Positions 50,857 to 63,991 of a DNA stretch of 64,000 nucleotides are shown here, piece after piece. The position numbers and the translations under genes are program-made. The notes beneath the pieces were generated by a model. That model did no database searches and was not told where the DNA came from. It was given only the letters and a program-made list of their open reading frames with translations. This stretch comes from Podarcis vaucheri. Its lineage: Eukaryota. The stretch lies in NCBI GenBank assembly GCA_965113315.1, contig OZ220375.1; one strand, written 5' to 3'. The first letter of the stretch is position 1. Each line of letters opens with the position of its first letter.

Positions 50857-52735
50857 CTCGGCGGCCGGTTGGGGAGGGGGCGGGGGAAGCGCCTCTGGGG
50901 ATGTGGGCGCCGTCAGCCGGTCGCCCCCCGCCGCCCGCTCTTCCTTCGCTCCGTCTTTCCCCTCCGCGCCGCGCCGCTTCCTTTTCCTCCCCTCACAGCA
51001 GCCGCCTCCGCCTCCGCCTCCGCCGCCTCATTCCAAGGCTTGGCCCTCAGGTGCCCACTTCGGCCAAGTCCTTCCGAAGGCCGCGGGCGGGCGGACGGGC
51101 AGGCAAGGCAGCGGCTCCTCCTCCTCCTCCTCCCGCGCCCGTCTTCCGTCGGTCTGTTCGACTTCTTCCTTCGGCGACGCAAAGACTCCCCTCTCGGCGC
51201 GGAGGTTCTGAGGCAAAGCCTCGTAACCGCTCGCGCATGCGCGCTGCCTTGGCTTGAAACACACGCGCGCGCGCGCACTCACAAAACCGCCCACCCCCGA
51301 AACGGTTTTTTATCTCCGTGTCCCTCAGAGAAGGCAGGAAGCGCGCGTGCGCATTGGCGGAGTAAGGCGGAGCCTCTGCCGCAACTGTCAATTGTAACGA
51401 GAGAAGCGGGCAATAGGAGGAAGATCTCGGCCAATCAGGCTATTTCCTTTGCGCCCCACCCACCTCCTCTTTCACCCTCCCAAACGCACGTGGGCAGTCT
51501 GCTCCCAAGTCTCGAAAGGGGCATTTATCCTCGTGAATTCCTACAAGATCAGCCTAGCCAGGATTTTTGTTGGGGGTGGGGAGGGCAGGACTTGGTTGGA
51601 GGGGACAGGGCTTTTGTTGGGGGAAGGGCAGAACCGATGTGATTGGTCAATTTCTATTGTTTTACTTGATCTAGGGGGCCCCGCTAAGCCAGTGAAGATC
51701 AGTACATATTTGAAGGAGCAGCTCCCTTCACCACCAATAAAATTCATAGTGAGGCCTCCACACCCTATACAAATGCAATCAGTTTGCTGTTTGGTTTGTG
51801 CGTTTTTTGGGTTGCCTTGGGCAAGACCCAGCGACGACTAATAATAATAATAATTAATCTATTTGGTACAACTAGTTACCTTGCAATCCTAACCACACCA
51901 ACTCAGCGTCAGCCCTATTGAATTCAGTAAGTCTTATTCCTAAATAGGTAAACTATTATACATTTCTTCAAAAGCATTTAGCTTTTATAACTCTTGTAGA
52001 ACAGGTTGTTATTTTAAGATGCATCAGTTAACTGATTTATGGAATGTTTTCATGTTACCAACTTTGCCATCTTTTCAGTGACAGCAAAGCTTCATGCTGG
52101 AAGCTGGTGGATATTTCATGTGTGTCTTTTTTATTATTATTACCATTTTTTACCTGTTTTTGTATTGTTTTAATGAACTTCCCATTGCATATTGTGTCTT
52201 TGCCTTTTAAGGTACTGTAAATTGCTGTAGGACTTCTTTTGGGTGTGCAAGAGATGTAATACTGTATACTACCTGAATGATAATAAACTTACTAGTACCT
52301 TTCTGGTGTGTTTTAAAAAGTTTTTAACAATGCAAAAGATCCTGCTCCTTTCTACATCAGCATTTCAAGTTGACGGAAAGTTCAGAATGGCTTCTACTGG
52401 GGGTCACACCATAAACAACCTTTATAAGCCTCTTTCTTGTTTAGCAATGTGTCGTTGCAAGACAGGAACAGAAAATGCAATTCCTGCACATTAGCATTCA
52501 TTTGTAAGGCTAGATTTTCTTCCCCCAAAATAAAAGCTTCTGGCCACTTTCATTTATAGACTTGTATGATGGATTATTTTATAAGTGGCACTCTTTCATA
52601 TTTCTGGAACCATGGAAAAATACATTTTTAAGACTGTTCTCTTGTTAAGTCAATGTTTAACAAGATAAAAAGAACTGTCTGGGTCTTATTCATGCCTTCC
52701 CCCTTACATCACCATGCATTTTAGAAATGTTCCAT

Positions 52736-52741
52736 TTTATT
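52736..52741 (-). terminator. Candidate poly(A) signal of DCAF7
   Basis: AATAAA on - strand ~2.5 kb after the stop, preceded by U/GU-rich sequence. Confidence 0.55.
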
Positions 52742-55195
52742 AAAACGTAAGAAAGGCAGAATACACACAAAAACTAGGAATGGAACAAACAAAAGTATAC
52801 AGAGAAAGGAAGATCAGTATCTTTAAAAATCCAGCATTCTACTTCAAACCTTTTAAAAAACTGTCTTAAATTTTTACAGTCTTTAATATAATTCCAGAAA
52901 GCAGGTGTTCAAAGACCAAGATAAGTCCATCTCATTATAATTTCTCCATAAAAATCAACTGGGAATATTGCAACAAGTTAACTATTGTCCGCCACATAAG
53001 GTAAGATTAAGTCTAGTTCAGTAACAAGTTTCCCCAATAACACTGGGTAAGAATATATATATATGTAACACTCTAAGAGTGGGATGGGAAAAAGAAAAAG
53101 ATTAACACAAGTAGAGTCAGTGCTATTGCTTATTTGAAAAGAACAAAAGAAAGCAAAAATGAGTCTGGAACTTTATACAGTCATGCTACAAAGTTGACAT
53201 CTTTCGGAAATCACACTGGGGAGTACAGTACATAAGTTAACATCTTACCGTTTAGTATTGATTAGTAAAAAAAATCAGCTCATATTCATATTCTGTACAC
53301 TAAAAACATCTTTGTTCCTTTCAAAAAACATACCACGAGTTCATACTCCATCACATAACCAATAACTCAGCCCCTCCCAGCACCACTCTGCTAGTGAATT
53401 ACAGACCTGTTTCTTTACTGAGCACATCCTTAAGTCTCCCATGTGCCCATGTTTGAAGTGCCTTAGGACCAGTGCTATGCAGCCCATGGTCAAGTGCCTT
53501 TAACCAGTACTGTCCAACTCCTATTAACAGATTAAAAATAACATTTGGATTTAATCTAGTCCCTTGATTTCCGCGGGACTAAAAAAACTACCACCACAAG
53601 AAGCTACTTTCTATGTACTAGCTAGTTAAATTGGCTGAGGGAGGGAAGAGGAGAAAAGATGAGAAAGTCAGGCATTTAATTCTCTCTCATACTTCATGTT
53701 CGTCTTCGGGCAAGAACAACCAGTACTGTTGAAACGAAGACATTTACACACCAGTTACCACATTTCCCCACTAATGTACTCAAGTACTATAAAACAAATA
53801 ACCAATAGGTTTGTCACATTTCATTATGTACATCACTGGTGGTTAACATCTGAAAGTCTTCTCAACACACTTCCCCTCCTCCAGTGCCTCATGTAACTGT
53901 GGAAAAATGGTTTGATACACCATTTGGGGGGCTCCCCTCTGAATTCTGCAGGAGCCAGCTTGGCCAGCCTACAAGAGCTTCTGAGAAGGGGGTGGAAACC
54001 ATCACAAATACATTCTTTTTTAATGTGTCAGAGAAGACCTACCATAAGCCTCAGTGTGCCTTGATATGGGAATAAGAGGCAACATCCCACCATAGCTATG
54101 TAAGAGAAGCTTGTGTATTTCATAATGAATTACACATGTCTGGTCATAGTAATGTTCCAAGAAAAACAATGCCATCCCATATTATCATATACAAGTTAAA
54201 GCTTCACTCCAGAAAGTTTCTGCAAGAGCCAGCTGTATCCTGTCACTGCTCCTGAAACATCACGTTTTCCACACTACCTTAAGAAGGATTTTTGCATTTT
54301 TCTGGATAGTGCTAGGATAAAAGCTGCTCTTAGAAGGTGGGAAGCAACCGTACTTTTAAGAAAATGCTTGTTGCCTCTTGGAGTCAAGTAAGATCACCTG
54401 TGGCTGAAGTCCTTACATTTTTGTGAGGGGCAGGCAACAACCACAGTGCAAAGCTAGGAACTGTACTTATCCAACTAGATGCTATGTTGGCATCAACACT
54501 GTATACAGTTTTATTTTAGAGGCCTTTGTCATACAGAGGAGAGAGAGAGAGAAACAAATCTAATAACCAGCAGTTCACAATGTTAAAGCTTCGCTTCAGG
54601 AAGTTTCTGCAAGAGCCAGCTAGGCTTTGTGACTGCTCCTGCTCCCTTATAGTTGAAGAACATTTTTAATAGTAATGGACTTTTAGTTGCAGAGAACTTA
54701 CAAGATTCAGCACTAGTATCAAGAGAAATTTGACTTGCCATGGGCGGGGGAAGGGGTAGAGAAGATATGTGTGAAAAATTACTTAACAGAAAGTTAACTT
54801 CACATCCCATTACTATAACTCTGAACAGTTTTTAGGCATCTGCAGCAGCAACGTATTATTTCTGCTAGGGTGTCATTCTGCCAGTTGGTGTCATTACTCA
54901 TTCAATACAAATACTCAACACAAATGGCTGACATATATACATAACTTTAATTGAAAGTAATAATAAATTCCCAGAGGGTCTGAAAGGCTCAGCATATCCC
55001 TGCATTTAAGTCACAGGGTGGGGGTGGGGGGTGGGGAAAGAGGGAGACGACAGCAACATTTACCCATCAATGCCAGTTCTGAGTCTTCCTAGAATAGCCA
55101 GTGGCACTTTCTAGATGGAGTTTTGTTCTTAAAAATTTATAGGAGAGCAAAGACCACCACCCAGTTCCATTTTTTTCCTCAGTGCCCAACTGTTT

Positions 55196-55368
55196 TTACA
55201 CTCTCAAGATTTCCAGGCAGTTGTTGTAACAGATTGCTATCCAGTCCGGCTGAGTTGATGCCCACTGTACATTGTTGATTTCGCCTTCTGCTGTGTAGGC
55301 CAAGATTGGATCCTCAATGGCACGAGGCATTTGCTGGATATCCCAGATAAGTGCTTGATGGTCATCCG
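55196..55368 (-). CDS. DCAF7: DCAF7 exon 7 (to stop)
   Basis: [56 protein letters not shown], 173 nt. Confidence 0.97.
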
Positions 55369-58300
55369 CTGACAAAGATGAAATGTAGAATCAGAGGTAA
55401 AAGAAACCACCTTTCGCACAATTATTCAGTGGTCCATGTACTCAGGAATGAAATGGACACAAAACCACACAAGCAAAAGTTTAAGGAGTATAATTTGACT
55501 TTTATCTATGATTGGGTTTTGACTCCTGACACGTTTTACATATATTATAGTTTCTCAAATGCGGACGATCTGTTATCTAATAATATTTGTTAATTCTTGT
55601 AATGGACAGTAAGACTGAACTGCTAAGGGAAAGTAATCAAAAAGGGTTTTTTTTTAATCCAAAAATTCTTACACCTTTCCTTATGGAAATGTTTCAAAAC
55701 CTAGAAATTTGCTAATCTTTTTGCTGCAAAAGGATTTATGTTCATTAGTAGATCAAATTCAGAGCAAGAAGAGTCATATCCACCACTCCTTCCACATTTG
55801 TAAACATATGCAACGTATGGCTGGTACCCAATATGGTTTGGGTTTTTTTAATTAAATGAAAGCAAGTAAATTAACTTGCTTCATAATCTTTCGTTTCTAC
55901 CACTTTTGTTTTAGGGTTGCTTTAAAGCTCCCATAACTTGAGGTAAGCCTGTGTATAATGGACTATACTTTTCACGAAAATTATTCATAAAAAGTAGCTG
56001 TAAGTATGCTAGCTTACTAAGTATTCAAAGTTTTCAAGAAAATTATTCATAAAAAGTAGCTGCAAGTATACTAGCTTACTAAGTATACAAAGTATACTAA
56101 CAAGATACTCTGAATTAGAGAAGAGCACAAACGGCAAGCATTATGGGTGAACAGAGAAATAATAATAGTTAAACCAGCAATAGCAAACAAAGCGGATTAC
56201 TATTTTGAGTTCATACACATACTTTGAAGGGAACTTGAAACACCCATATGAAAAGAAGAGGTTACAAGAATCATTCATCCTTACCAGCTGTGCAGATATG
56301 ACAAGAAGAGTGTGGTGCCCAAGCAATGCCATTGACACATGCTCTGTGGTTGTTCAGTCTGGCAACAGGTGTACAAGGAACTCTGACATCTAAAATCACC
56401 ACCTTAGTGGAGAAAACAAATACAAAGAATAGTGAAGTTTTATACTACCTCTGATGAAGCCACAAAGACTTTTTATGAATGGTATTTCATTACCTACTAT
56501 ACTATCTTCAGAGCACAATACATATATGCTGTACCCCTATCTCCTCAAGTAAGTATACCCTTTTCGTTGCAAATGAATACAGTGTTTTTATACTCCTCTA
56601 ATAGTGAAACATATTATTATATAGAGAGAGAGCGCATGCGCAGTAGTGCCTGATGAGCCGCATGTTACAAAGGGGAACTGAGATCAATCAGCATTTTATG
56701 TATTGTTATGTCCAGTTCACATATTATAAATTTTAAAAAATTGAGAAACTAACACAAAGCTATTTCCAATACACACTCCTGTTTCTGAAGTACCTGCTCA
56801 GGACACTATGCCCCATTACTTTAGCTAAGTCAGCCTGTCCACCCCACAAAAGAATTGTGTGGCCAAGAGCAGGATATCTCATACTGACATGTCTACATGG
56901 GGATCATGACTTCTTCTAGACTCAAGTTGTTCATGGTAGCTACCAGCATCAGTATGGCTTCTATCTCCTTTTTAACACAAGGACACGTGCCTGACTGCTT
57001 TCCTCCATGCTACTGTGTGCCAAGGCTGCAAGGAATCCCAGAAACAAAAATGTTCCATGGCTTTATACAGGTATCCAGAAAACATGCCCATCAAGACCAA
57101 GAGTCTAAGTAGTGTTGAGTGTCAATACCATCCACGTGCAATTCCAATAAGTGTACTGGCCACCCTTACAGAACACTGGCTCACCTCCATGCCATCCATT
57201 GCCATTGTTGCAAGATAATTCGGGTCCTGTTTATTCCAGCAAAGGCGAAGCAAAGGATGGTGTTGAGGATCCTCATATATAATTGTACTATGTTCCAGGT
57301 GCCGCAGATCAAACATTCTCACTGAGCCATCAGCACCAACAGAAGCAAACATGTCTCTCCCACCTCCTGCGCGGCTGAATGCAATATCATAGACCTGCTC
57401 ATACACCAAAGGCAGAGAAAATTGACAAAATACAATGATATTGCCTCTAATACCAAGATTTTTGCTTCACACCGAACAAAGTTTTATCATGCAAACCCAG
57501 ATGTACAGCAGCCATGTCATAGAAATCCCTAAAAGTAGATAAAAAAGGGGCTGAGCACACAATCAGAAGCTAGGGCACTGCCACCCCTCTCCCCGTGAAA
57601 GTGAGCTTTGTCTACTTCTTATGCAAAATATTTAATTTTTTTGTATACATCCCCCTGAACAGCTGAATTACAGTGGTACCTCTAGTTACAAACTTAATTT
57701 GTTCCGGAGGTCCGTTCTTAACCTGAAACTATTTTTAACTAGAGGTGTGCTTTCGCTAATGGGACCTCCTGCTGCCGCTGTGCCATCGGCACACAATTTC
57801 CGTTCTCATCTTGGGGCAAAGTACTCAACTCGAAGTAACTTCTCCAGGTTAGTGGAGTTTGTAACCTGAAACATTTGTAACTCGAGGTACCACTGTACTT
57901 TGAGGAAAAAAGAAGAATTTGGTTCTCGAGAACTAATAGCATACACACAGACACAAATACACTCACTTGCCAGGTAAGTCACTATTCCCATTTTATAGAC
58001 TGGAACAAATTTTTACTAATTACACAAATCTGAAATCCCACAATGGAGAAATCAAGAGAAAAAGTGCACCATCACCTCTTTATCATGGGCAATCAACTGG
58101 GTCTTGACATGGCCTGACACCAAATTCACTCTTCCCAAGACCTGGCCAGTCTCCAAACCCCAGATAGTGCAAGTTGTGTCAATACTAGAGGTACCTGGGG
58201 TGGGGAGGAAAAACACCAATGTTAATAACTCTTCTTTGATGCAATGAATAAACAGCAATACACAACACCTTATGCTATTCATAATGCTTGACCTAAAAGA

Positions 58301-61300
58301 TGACTTGCCTTCTCCATTCTCCTTTTATACACAAAGCAAACTACTGTATTTTTCACCCCATAGGACACACCTAGTTTTTTTTTTGGGGGGGGGGAATAAA
58401 GGGAAAAAAAATTATTTCCCCCCTGGCGCGAGGGAAGCCTGAGCTTCCCCCGACCCCAGCCCCGAGAACAGCCTGCTATCCGCAAGCCTAGGGAGCCCGG
58501 CGGGAAGTCGCGCTTGTCTCCCCAGGCTTGCAGAGAGCTGTGCGAAGCCCGGACGCGCTCTTCAGCGCGCCCCAGGCTTCGGAATGCAGGCAGGGCTGCG
58601 CATAGCTGCGCGAAGCCTGGGACTGCAGGCAGCTCTGCACAGCTCTCAGGAGACTGACGCGACTTCGCGCCGGGCTCCCTAGGGCTGCGCAGAGCTGCGC
58701 GAAGCCCGGGACTGCAGGCAGCTCTGCTGAAGCCTGGAGGTAAGTCGCGCCAGTCTCCTTTTAAGATACAGGTGTAATCTTCAGTCATTTTTCAAGTGTT
58801 AATTAAGAAATATGTTTTAAACTCAAATCATCCAGTGTTTAAATTGGAAATTAAATATTTCACCAGAAAGCTTGGGACACGGTTCCAGTTTGTGAACTAT
58901 TTTTGGAAGCCAAACGTCTGATGGGGCTTCCAATTGGCTGCAGGAGCTTCCTGCAGCCAATCAGAATCTGTGTTTTAGTTTCCGGAACGGATTCCATTCG
59001 ACTTCCAAGGTACGACTGTATGGTCTATTATAACAATATGTAAATTCAACATGAACAAAATTTACCAAAGTGAATAATTGTACTTTTACTCTAGACTCCA
59101 GGATAATCAAAAGTTACATTAAAAATGGATGGTGGGGGGAGATGAAAAATACAGCTAAGAGATGCAGCAGATTTAACTGTGGTTATAGTGACAACAAGCA
59201 AGGGGTATTTTCTCCTAAACTGAGATTGTTGGGGTGTGGGCTGGGCTGCTGCAATTCATGAGAGGTTAAATAGTAAGAGGTCTTCACCACTTAAGCTATG
59301 AAATCAAACCATTATGGAAGTAAAAAAAGAAAGCTGCCACCTATACAATGTTGTTGTTGTTTTATTTCAACGAATATCTCAATGGGGGAGGAGAAAAAAA
59401 TGCCCCATCATTGTACCAGCTCTCTGACTGGTACAGTAAAGAGGCCTGGATTGGGCTCACTGCTGTCACATGCCAGCAGCAGGGCCAGCTTGAGATCCAG
59501 TGTTACCTGTGTGTAGACCCCACCCCGGAAGTTCCCTCCAGTGGAAATACTGCCAATGATAGCTTCCACCAGCCATTTTGACAAAGGCATATTGCAGCAC
59601 TCCTTTGCAATGGTGTTCCTTTGCTAACAGAGGCTGTGGGTGCTGGAAACGGTTGGGCCAGTGGGATGGGAGAGACACACAACCACTTGCCCCAAATCCC
59701 TTCCAGTACAGTGAACTGAGGGTTTTGATTGCTCTGCCCAACTCTTTATGTAACTGGGAAGTGCATTTATTAAAGTTACTAATTATACTGCCCAATAACT
59801 GAAATTCCCTGTGTAGCTTACTATAAAGGTTAAGCCCATAAAACAGTATAATATGAATAAAATCACCCAGGGATAACAGCTGTGTAATAGATTCAAAGAA
59901 TGCTAGAACACTTTCTAAAAATTTTGGGAGAATATTTTTTTGGTGGTGAAGAGACCACTGAATAGGTACTAAGTGAGCTTCTCTGGACAGCGCATTCGAC
60001 AACTGGAGCAACACCACTGAAAAGGCTCTTTAGGGAAGTATGGTATAGCCATTAAACACAAGGTAAGCCAACACAGAAGCTTGTCTCTTGGACAACATAG
60101 TTCATATAGAAAGCCTAACAGGTGAATGCTCCTAGTCTTTTGGTTTATAAATGTACCACAGCTTAGATCATCTGCACAATAGCAAAGACAATTCCTGGCC
60201 AATTCAACTAATATTAAAACTTATCTGATGTAGACTTTAACCCGACAACAGCCTTTCAAAAACTTTGGCATATACCGTAATCCCAAGCTATCTTCGTTAG
60301 ATTAAAAACACTTATATCAGGAAGGAATGCTTCTGTGGAAAGCTTTATTTACCTTCAAGGCCCATATAAAAATGAGCTTCCTGATCCACCAACAGCCATT
60401 ACCCAAACTAAATCCTGTCTGGCAATGTTATCCATTTTACTACCAAAGCTCTGCCAAATTAAGCATTTCAGTCTTACCCAGCAGATAAGGATCCACTTCA
60501 TTCCAATCAAAGGATGTCAATGGAGCACAGAAGTCAGAATTCTTGTTGTTGTTCAGCAAACACTCTAGCCTGGTCTCTGTTTCACCCACCTGCAAAAAAA
60601 TTACAAATATTGGTCATCATTCCAAATCTTCATAGTATTTCACTGCAGCAAAAGTGCAAGAGAAGAGACAGTGCAGCTAATCATTGTGATTTAAATAGGT
60701 TCCGCATTATGTTCAAATCATGGATTCTATTATTTTTGTTAAGACACGTGTAAATCAAATTAGGTTTGACCAAGACCCTACTTCTTGGCTACAGAACATT
60801 AAACCTAAAAGGGAAGCCTAGTTACTGTTTTGTTCTGAACTACAGTCAGCTCCCATTCCTTCTATATGCAAACATTTTCATTGTTGGGACAATTTATAAC
60901 TCATGCAACACACTGGCAATGCAAGATCATATGGCATCGTTTTAAAGTTCTATATCTCATAAAACATGGCAAACATAACAAGAACAATGTCAAACGTCAT
61001 GTTTTCAAGGTCAAGGAAACCAACAGATGTGTTATCATGATTGTCAATTAGAATTAAGTCAGCAGGAATAGAGGTTCCTTCCAACTCTATAACTGTATGA
61101 TATGGAGCTTTATTTTTCATTTTCCATACACAAGGAGTGGGAAGACTAAGCTTGTGGAATCTACTTTGGGTGTTGTTTTTAGTAACAGCGAAGTTCACCA
61201 ATGACAGGTAGGTGAAAAACTGTAGCCACGGAGCAGATATAAATTTAGAATTAAGCAATAGTCTGTCTTCAAGCATATTCCCATGAATTTGTTTATAGTA

Positions 61301-63991
61301 CCAGAAATGAGCTTACAATCTTTTCACATAAAATACTACAATAAGGCTTCCCTCCTCAGTTTTCTTAATTCCAGCAGTCTAATTTAGGTCTGGGGTAGGA
61401 TAGGGCAAATAGAAGAGAGAAAGCCTCATGGGTTTTGCTATTTTTAAAACAACTGAGTCAGACACTTTTGCCAATCTACAGCAAATCACCCAGCAATTTA
61501 CCACTAGATCCCAATTTATTTTCTGCCCATCTACATAACACATTAGAGTAGACTGCAGCTCCAGTTGTAGAACACTGAATTTAGAAGTTATTAATAAACA
61601 TTTACGAATAGAATAAAGCAGACCAAGTACTATGTTTGTCTACTACTTATAGCAGTTGGTCAGACTACTCACACAACATTCTCAGGGCCCACTGGTTATC
61701 CTAGCCCCAGGAAAACACCTTATAAAAACAAGTCAACTTACTCTCCAGACACGCAAGTAGTCACCACTTGTTGCCAAAAGATCTGGATATACCCCTTTGG
61801 TATCTGGGATCCACATGAGCTTGGTAGTAGGATATGGGTGATCAAAGGTATTCCGGCAAATGAACTCAGAGCTTTCCTCATCCAACCCAACAAGTTGGAC
61901 CTATAAGCAAAAATATTTCAAGCAAGTTATCAACCAAACTATAACATTAAGCTCAGGGTAGAGAACTGATGGCCTCTAGAAGTTATTAGACTACAAGTCT
62001 CATCAGCCCCAGCCTGCATGGTCAAGGATGATTCGGAGTTGCAGTTCAGAACTATCTGGAGGGCCACAGATGCCCAACCCTTCATACTCTGCTACAATAC
62101 CTCAAGGACCACCTCGCCTTGTAGGTTCCTACAGCGAACCTACGGTCATCATCTGAGGCCCGTCTTTGTGTGCCTCCTCCAGGAGCGGCCGAAAGGGTGA
62201 AAACATGAGAACGGGCCTTTTCTGCAGTGGCTCCCCGCTTGTGGAATGCTCTCCCTGGCATATTCATTACCTATCTTTAGGTGTCAGGCAAAAGCTTTCC
62301 TCTATAACCAGGCCTTTCGCCTTTAACTGTAAGAAGGGGTTGGGATGTTTTAAACGTATTAATTCCCCCCTTGGTTTTAATGTATCTCTGTGGAAAGGGT
62401 TGTTGCTGTATTTTTGGTCTGGTTTTTTTTGGGGGGGGGGTAAGGTGCTTTGAGTTGCCTTGGGAAAGATAAAGCCCGCCCCCATTTCAATAAACAGCAA
62501 TAATTTGGAAGTGTCCATGCCTGCCTTGGATTTTTTCTCCCAGAGGGCAAAAGTAAAATAGCCAACTAAAGTGGTACCTCTGGATGCGAACAGGATCCGT
62601 TCCGGAGCCCCGTTCGCATCCTGAAGCGAATGCAACCCGCGTCTGCCCGTGTCACGATCTGCCACTTCTGCGCATGCACATGACGTCATTTTGAGCGTCT
62701 GCGACGAAACCCAGAAGAAACATGTTCTGTTACTTCTGGGTCACCGAGGAGCGCAACCTGAAAAGGCTCAACCCGAAGGTATGACTGTATTGAGATGCAG
62801 GTGGCCTAACCTATTCTCTTTCCCGCCCCCAATTCTCCCACCTCCCCACATGGTCAAGAGTCCCTACACCAAGCCTTTCACAGTGGGTTAGAGTGCGGTG
62901 CCGATGATGACACCAAGGTCTCAAAGCCTTTCACAGCTGGTTAGTGTGTGCACCGAGGCCGCAGGTTTGATCCCCCCATGGGGCAGCTGCAAATTGCTGC
63001 AATGCAGGGGTAGGACTAGATGACCCTCAGGTTCCCTTTCCAACTCTCCTATGAATTATATTTATGAACCTTGTAGTCCCTCAATGCTGCTGGGGTGCAA
63101 CATTCACTCTCTTTAGGCAGCATGGCCAGTAGTCAGGGATGGGATGGGACTGTAGCTCAAGAACACAGAACCCTAGAACAGGCATGGGCAAACTCGGCCC
63201 TCCCGCTGTTTTGGGACTACAATTCCCATCATCCCTGAACACTGGTCCTGTTAGCTAGGGATGGTGGGAGTTGTAGTCCCAAAACATCTGGAGTGCCAAG
63301 TTTGCCTATGCCTGTTCTAGGGTTCTGTGCTCTTGAGCTACAGTTTTGAGACTACAATTCCCATCATCCCTGACCACTGGTCCTGTTAGCTAGGGATGAT
63401 GGGAGTTGTAGTCTTAAAAAACATCTGGAGGGCCGAGTTTGCCTGCCCTGGAAGAACAGAGTCGGAAGGGACCCTGAGGCCCAACTCCCCCCCAACCCCA
63501 ATAACTTCGGGGACCCCAAAGACGCCCTATACCTTCCTCGAAACATCTGCAGGTGAAGCAGAAGGCGTGCAGGTGCTGCTCCGCCGCGCAACGCCTTCGG
63601 GGGACAACCAAACCCCCTCATGAGTTACCTCAGCCGGCGCTTGGCAACGGAGAGCGCGGTCAAGCCTGCGCCCCTCGAAGCAAGACCCTTGCCGAGGGGG
63701 TGCGGGCAACTGCCCCAGGCGGCTCTTGGCCTCTTCGCAAGCCTGCGGCGGAGCAGGGAAGGGCCGCCGGGGTCCGACTGAGGCGCGAAGGCCCGAGGCG
63801 GCCCCGAACCCCCGGGCTGACGAGGCCTCCTCGGACCCCGCTCACCCGCCCACCTTGTTGTTGTATTCCTCCACGAAGCTGCCGAGCGCCAGCCTGAAGC
63901 GCTTGTCGGGCCTGACGCTCCAGTTCATGGCGTAGACGGTCCATGGCGCCTCGTACTTGTAGATCTCCTTGCGCTTCCCGTGCAGCGACAT
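55196..63991 (-). CDS. DCAF7: DDB1- and CUL4-associated factor 7 (WDR68/HAN11), spliced CDS of 7 exons, 342 aa
   Basis: Exons sum to 1029 nt, all GT-AG. WD40 protein [17 protein letters not shown]...[11 protein letters not shown], essentially the recalled human sequence. Confidence 0.97.
55976..56094. repeat. 62-bp tandem duplication in DCAF7 intron 6
   Basis: GAAAATTATTCATAAAAAGTAGCTG.AAGTAT.CTAGCTTACTAAGTAT.CAAAGT at 55976 and 56038. Confidence 0.9.
56285..56402 (-). CDS. DCAF7: DCAF7 exon 6
   Basis: [39 protein letters not shown], 118 nt. Confidence 0.97.
57185..57394 (-). CDS. DCAF7: DCAF7 exon 5
   Basis: [70 protein letters not shown], 210 nt. Confidence 0.97.
57671..57895. mobile_element. 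Tigger/pogo-like MITE
   Basis: TA|CAGTGGTACCTCTAGTTACAAA ... TTTGTAACTCGAGGTACCACTG|TA. Confidence 0.88.
58076..58194 (-). CDS. DCAF7: DCAF7 exon 4
   Basis: [39 protein letters not shown], 119 nt. Confidence 0.97.
58344..58760. mobile_element. Truncated Tc2-like element with GC-rich internal repeats
   Basis: TA|CTGTATTTTTCACCCCATAGGAC start and repeated AGCTGCGCGAAGCC units. No second TIR seen. Confidence 0.55.
60478..60589 (-). CDS. DCAF7: DCAF7 exon 3
   Basis: [37 protein letters not shown], 112 nt. Confidence 0.97.
61742..61900 (-). CDS. DCAF7: DCAF7 exon 2
   Basis: [53 protein letters not shown], 159 nt. Confidence 0.97.
62170..62320 (+). mobile_element. Degenerate L2 3' fragment
   Basis: GGGCCTTTTCTGCAGTGGCTCCCCGCTTGTGGAATGCTCTCCC motif of L2 3' ends. 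Confidence 0.55.
62569..62787. mobile_element. Tigger/pogo-like MITE
   Basis: AGTGGTACCTCTGGATGCGAAC ... AGGTATGACTG|TA, same subfamily as 29697 and 38130. Confidence 0.85.
62870..63056 (+). mobile_element. tRNA-derived SINE with CR1-like tail
   Basis: GGTTAGAGTG / GGTTTGATCCC boxes and GGACTAGATGACCCTCAGG...CCAACTCT tail. Confidence 0.55.
63179..63450. mobile_element. Palindromic hAT MITE plus partial duplicate
   Basis: CAGGCATGGGCAAACT...AGTTTGCCTATGCCTG (63179-63314), then a second partial copy ~63343-63450. Confidence 0.85.

Noticed and set aside
57395-57400. NAGNAG alternative acceptor (GAGCAG) at DCAF7 exon 5
   Set aside because: GAG acceptors are rarely used, and the CAG gives the canonical 342-aa protein.
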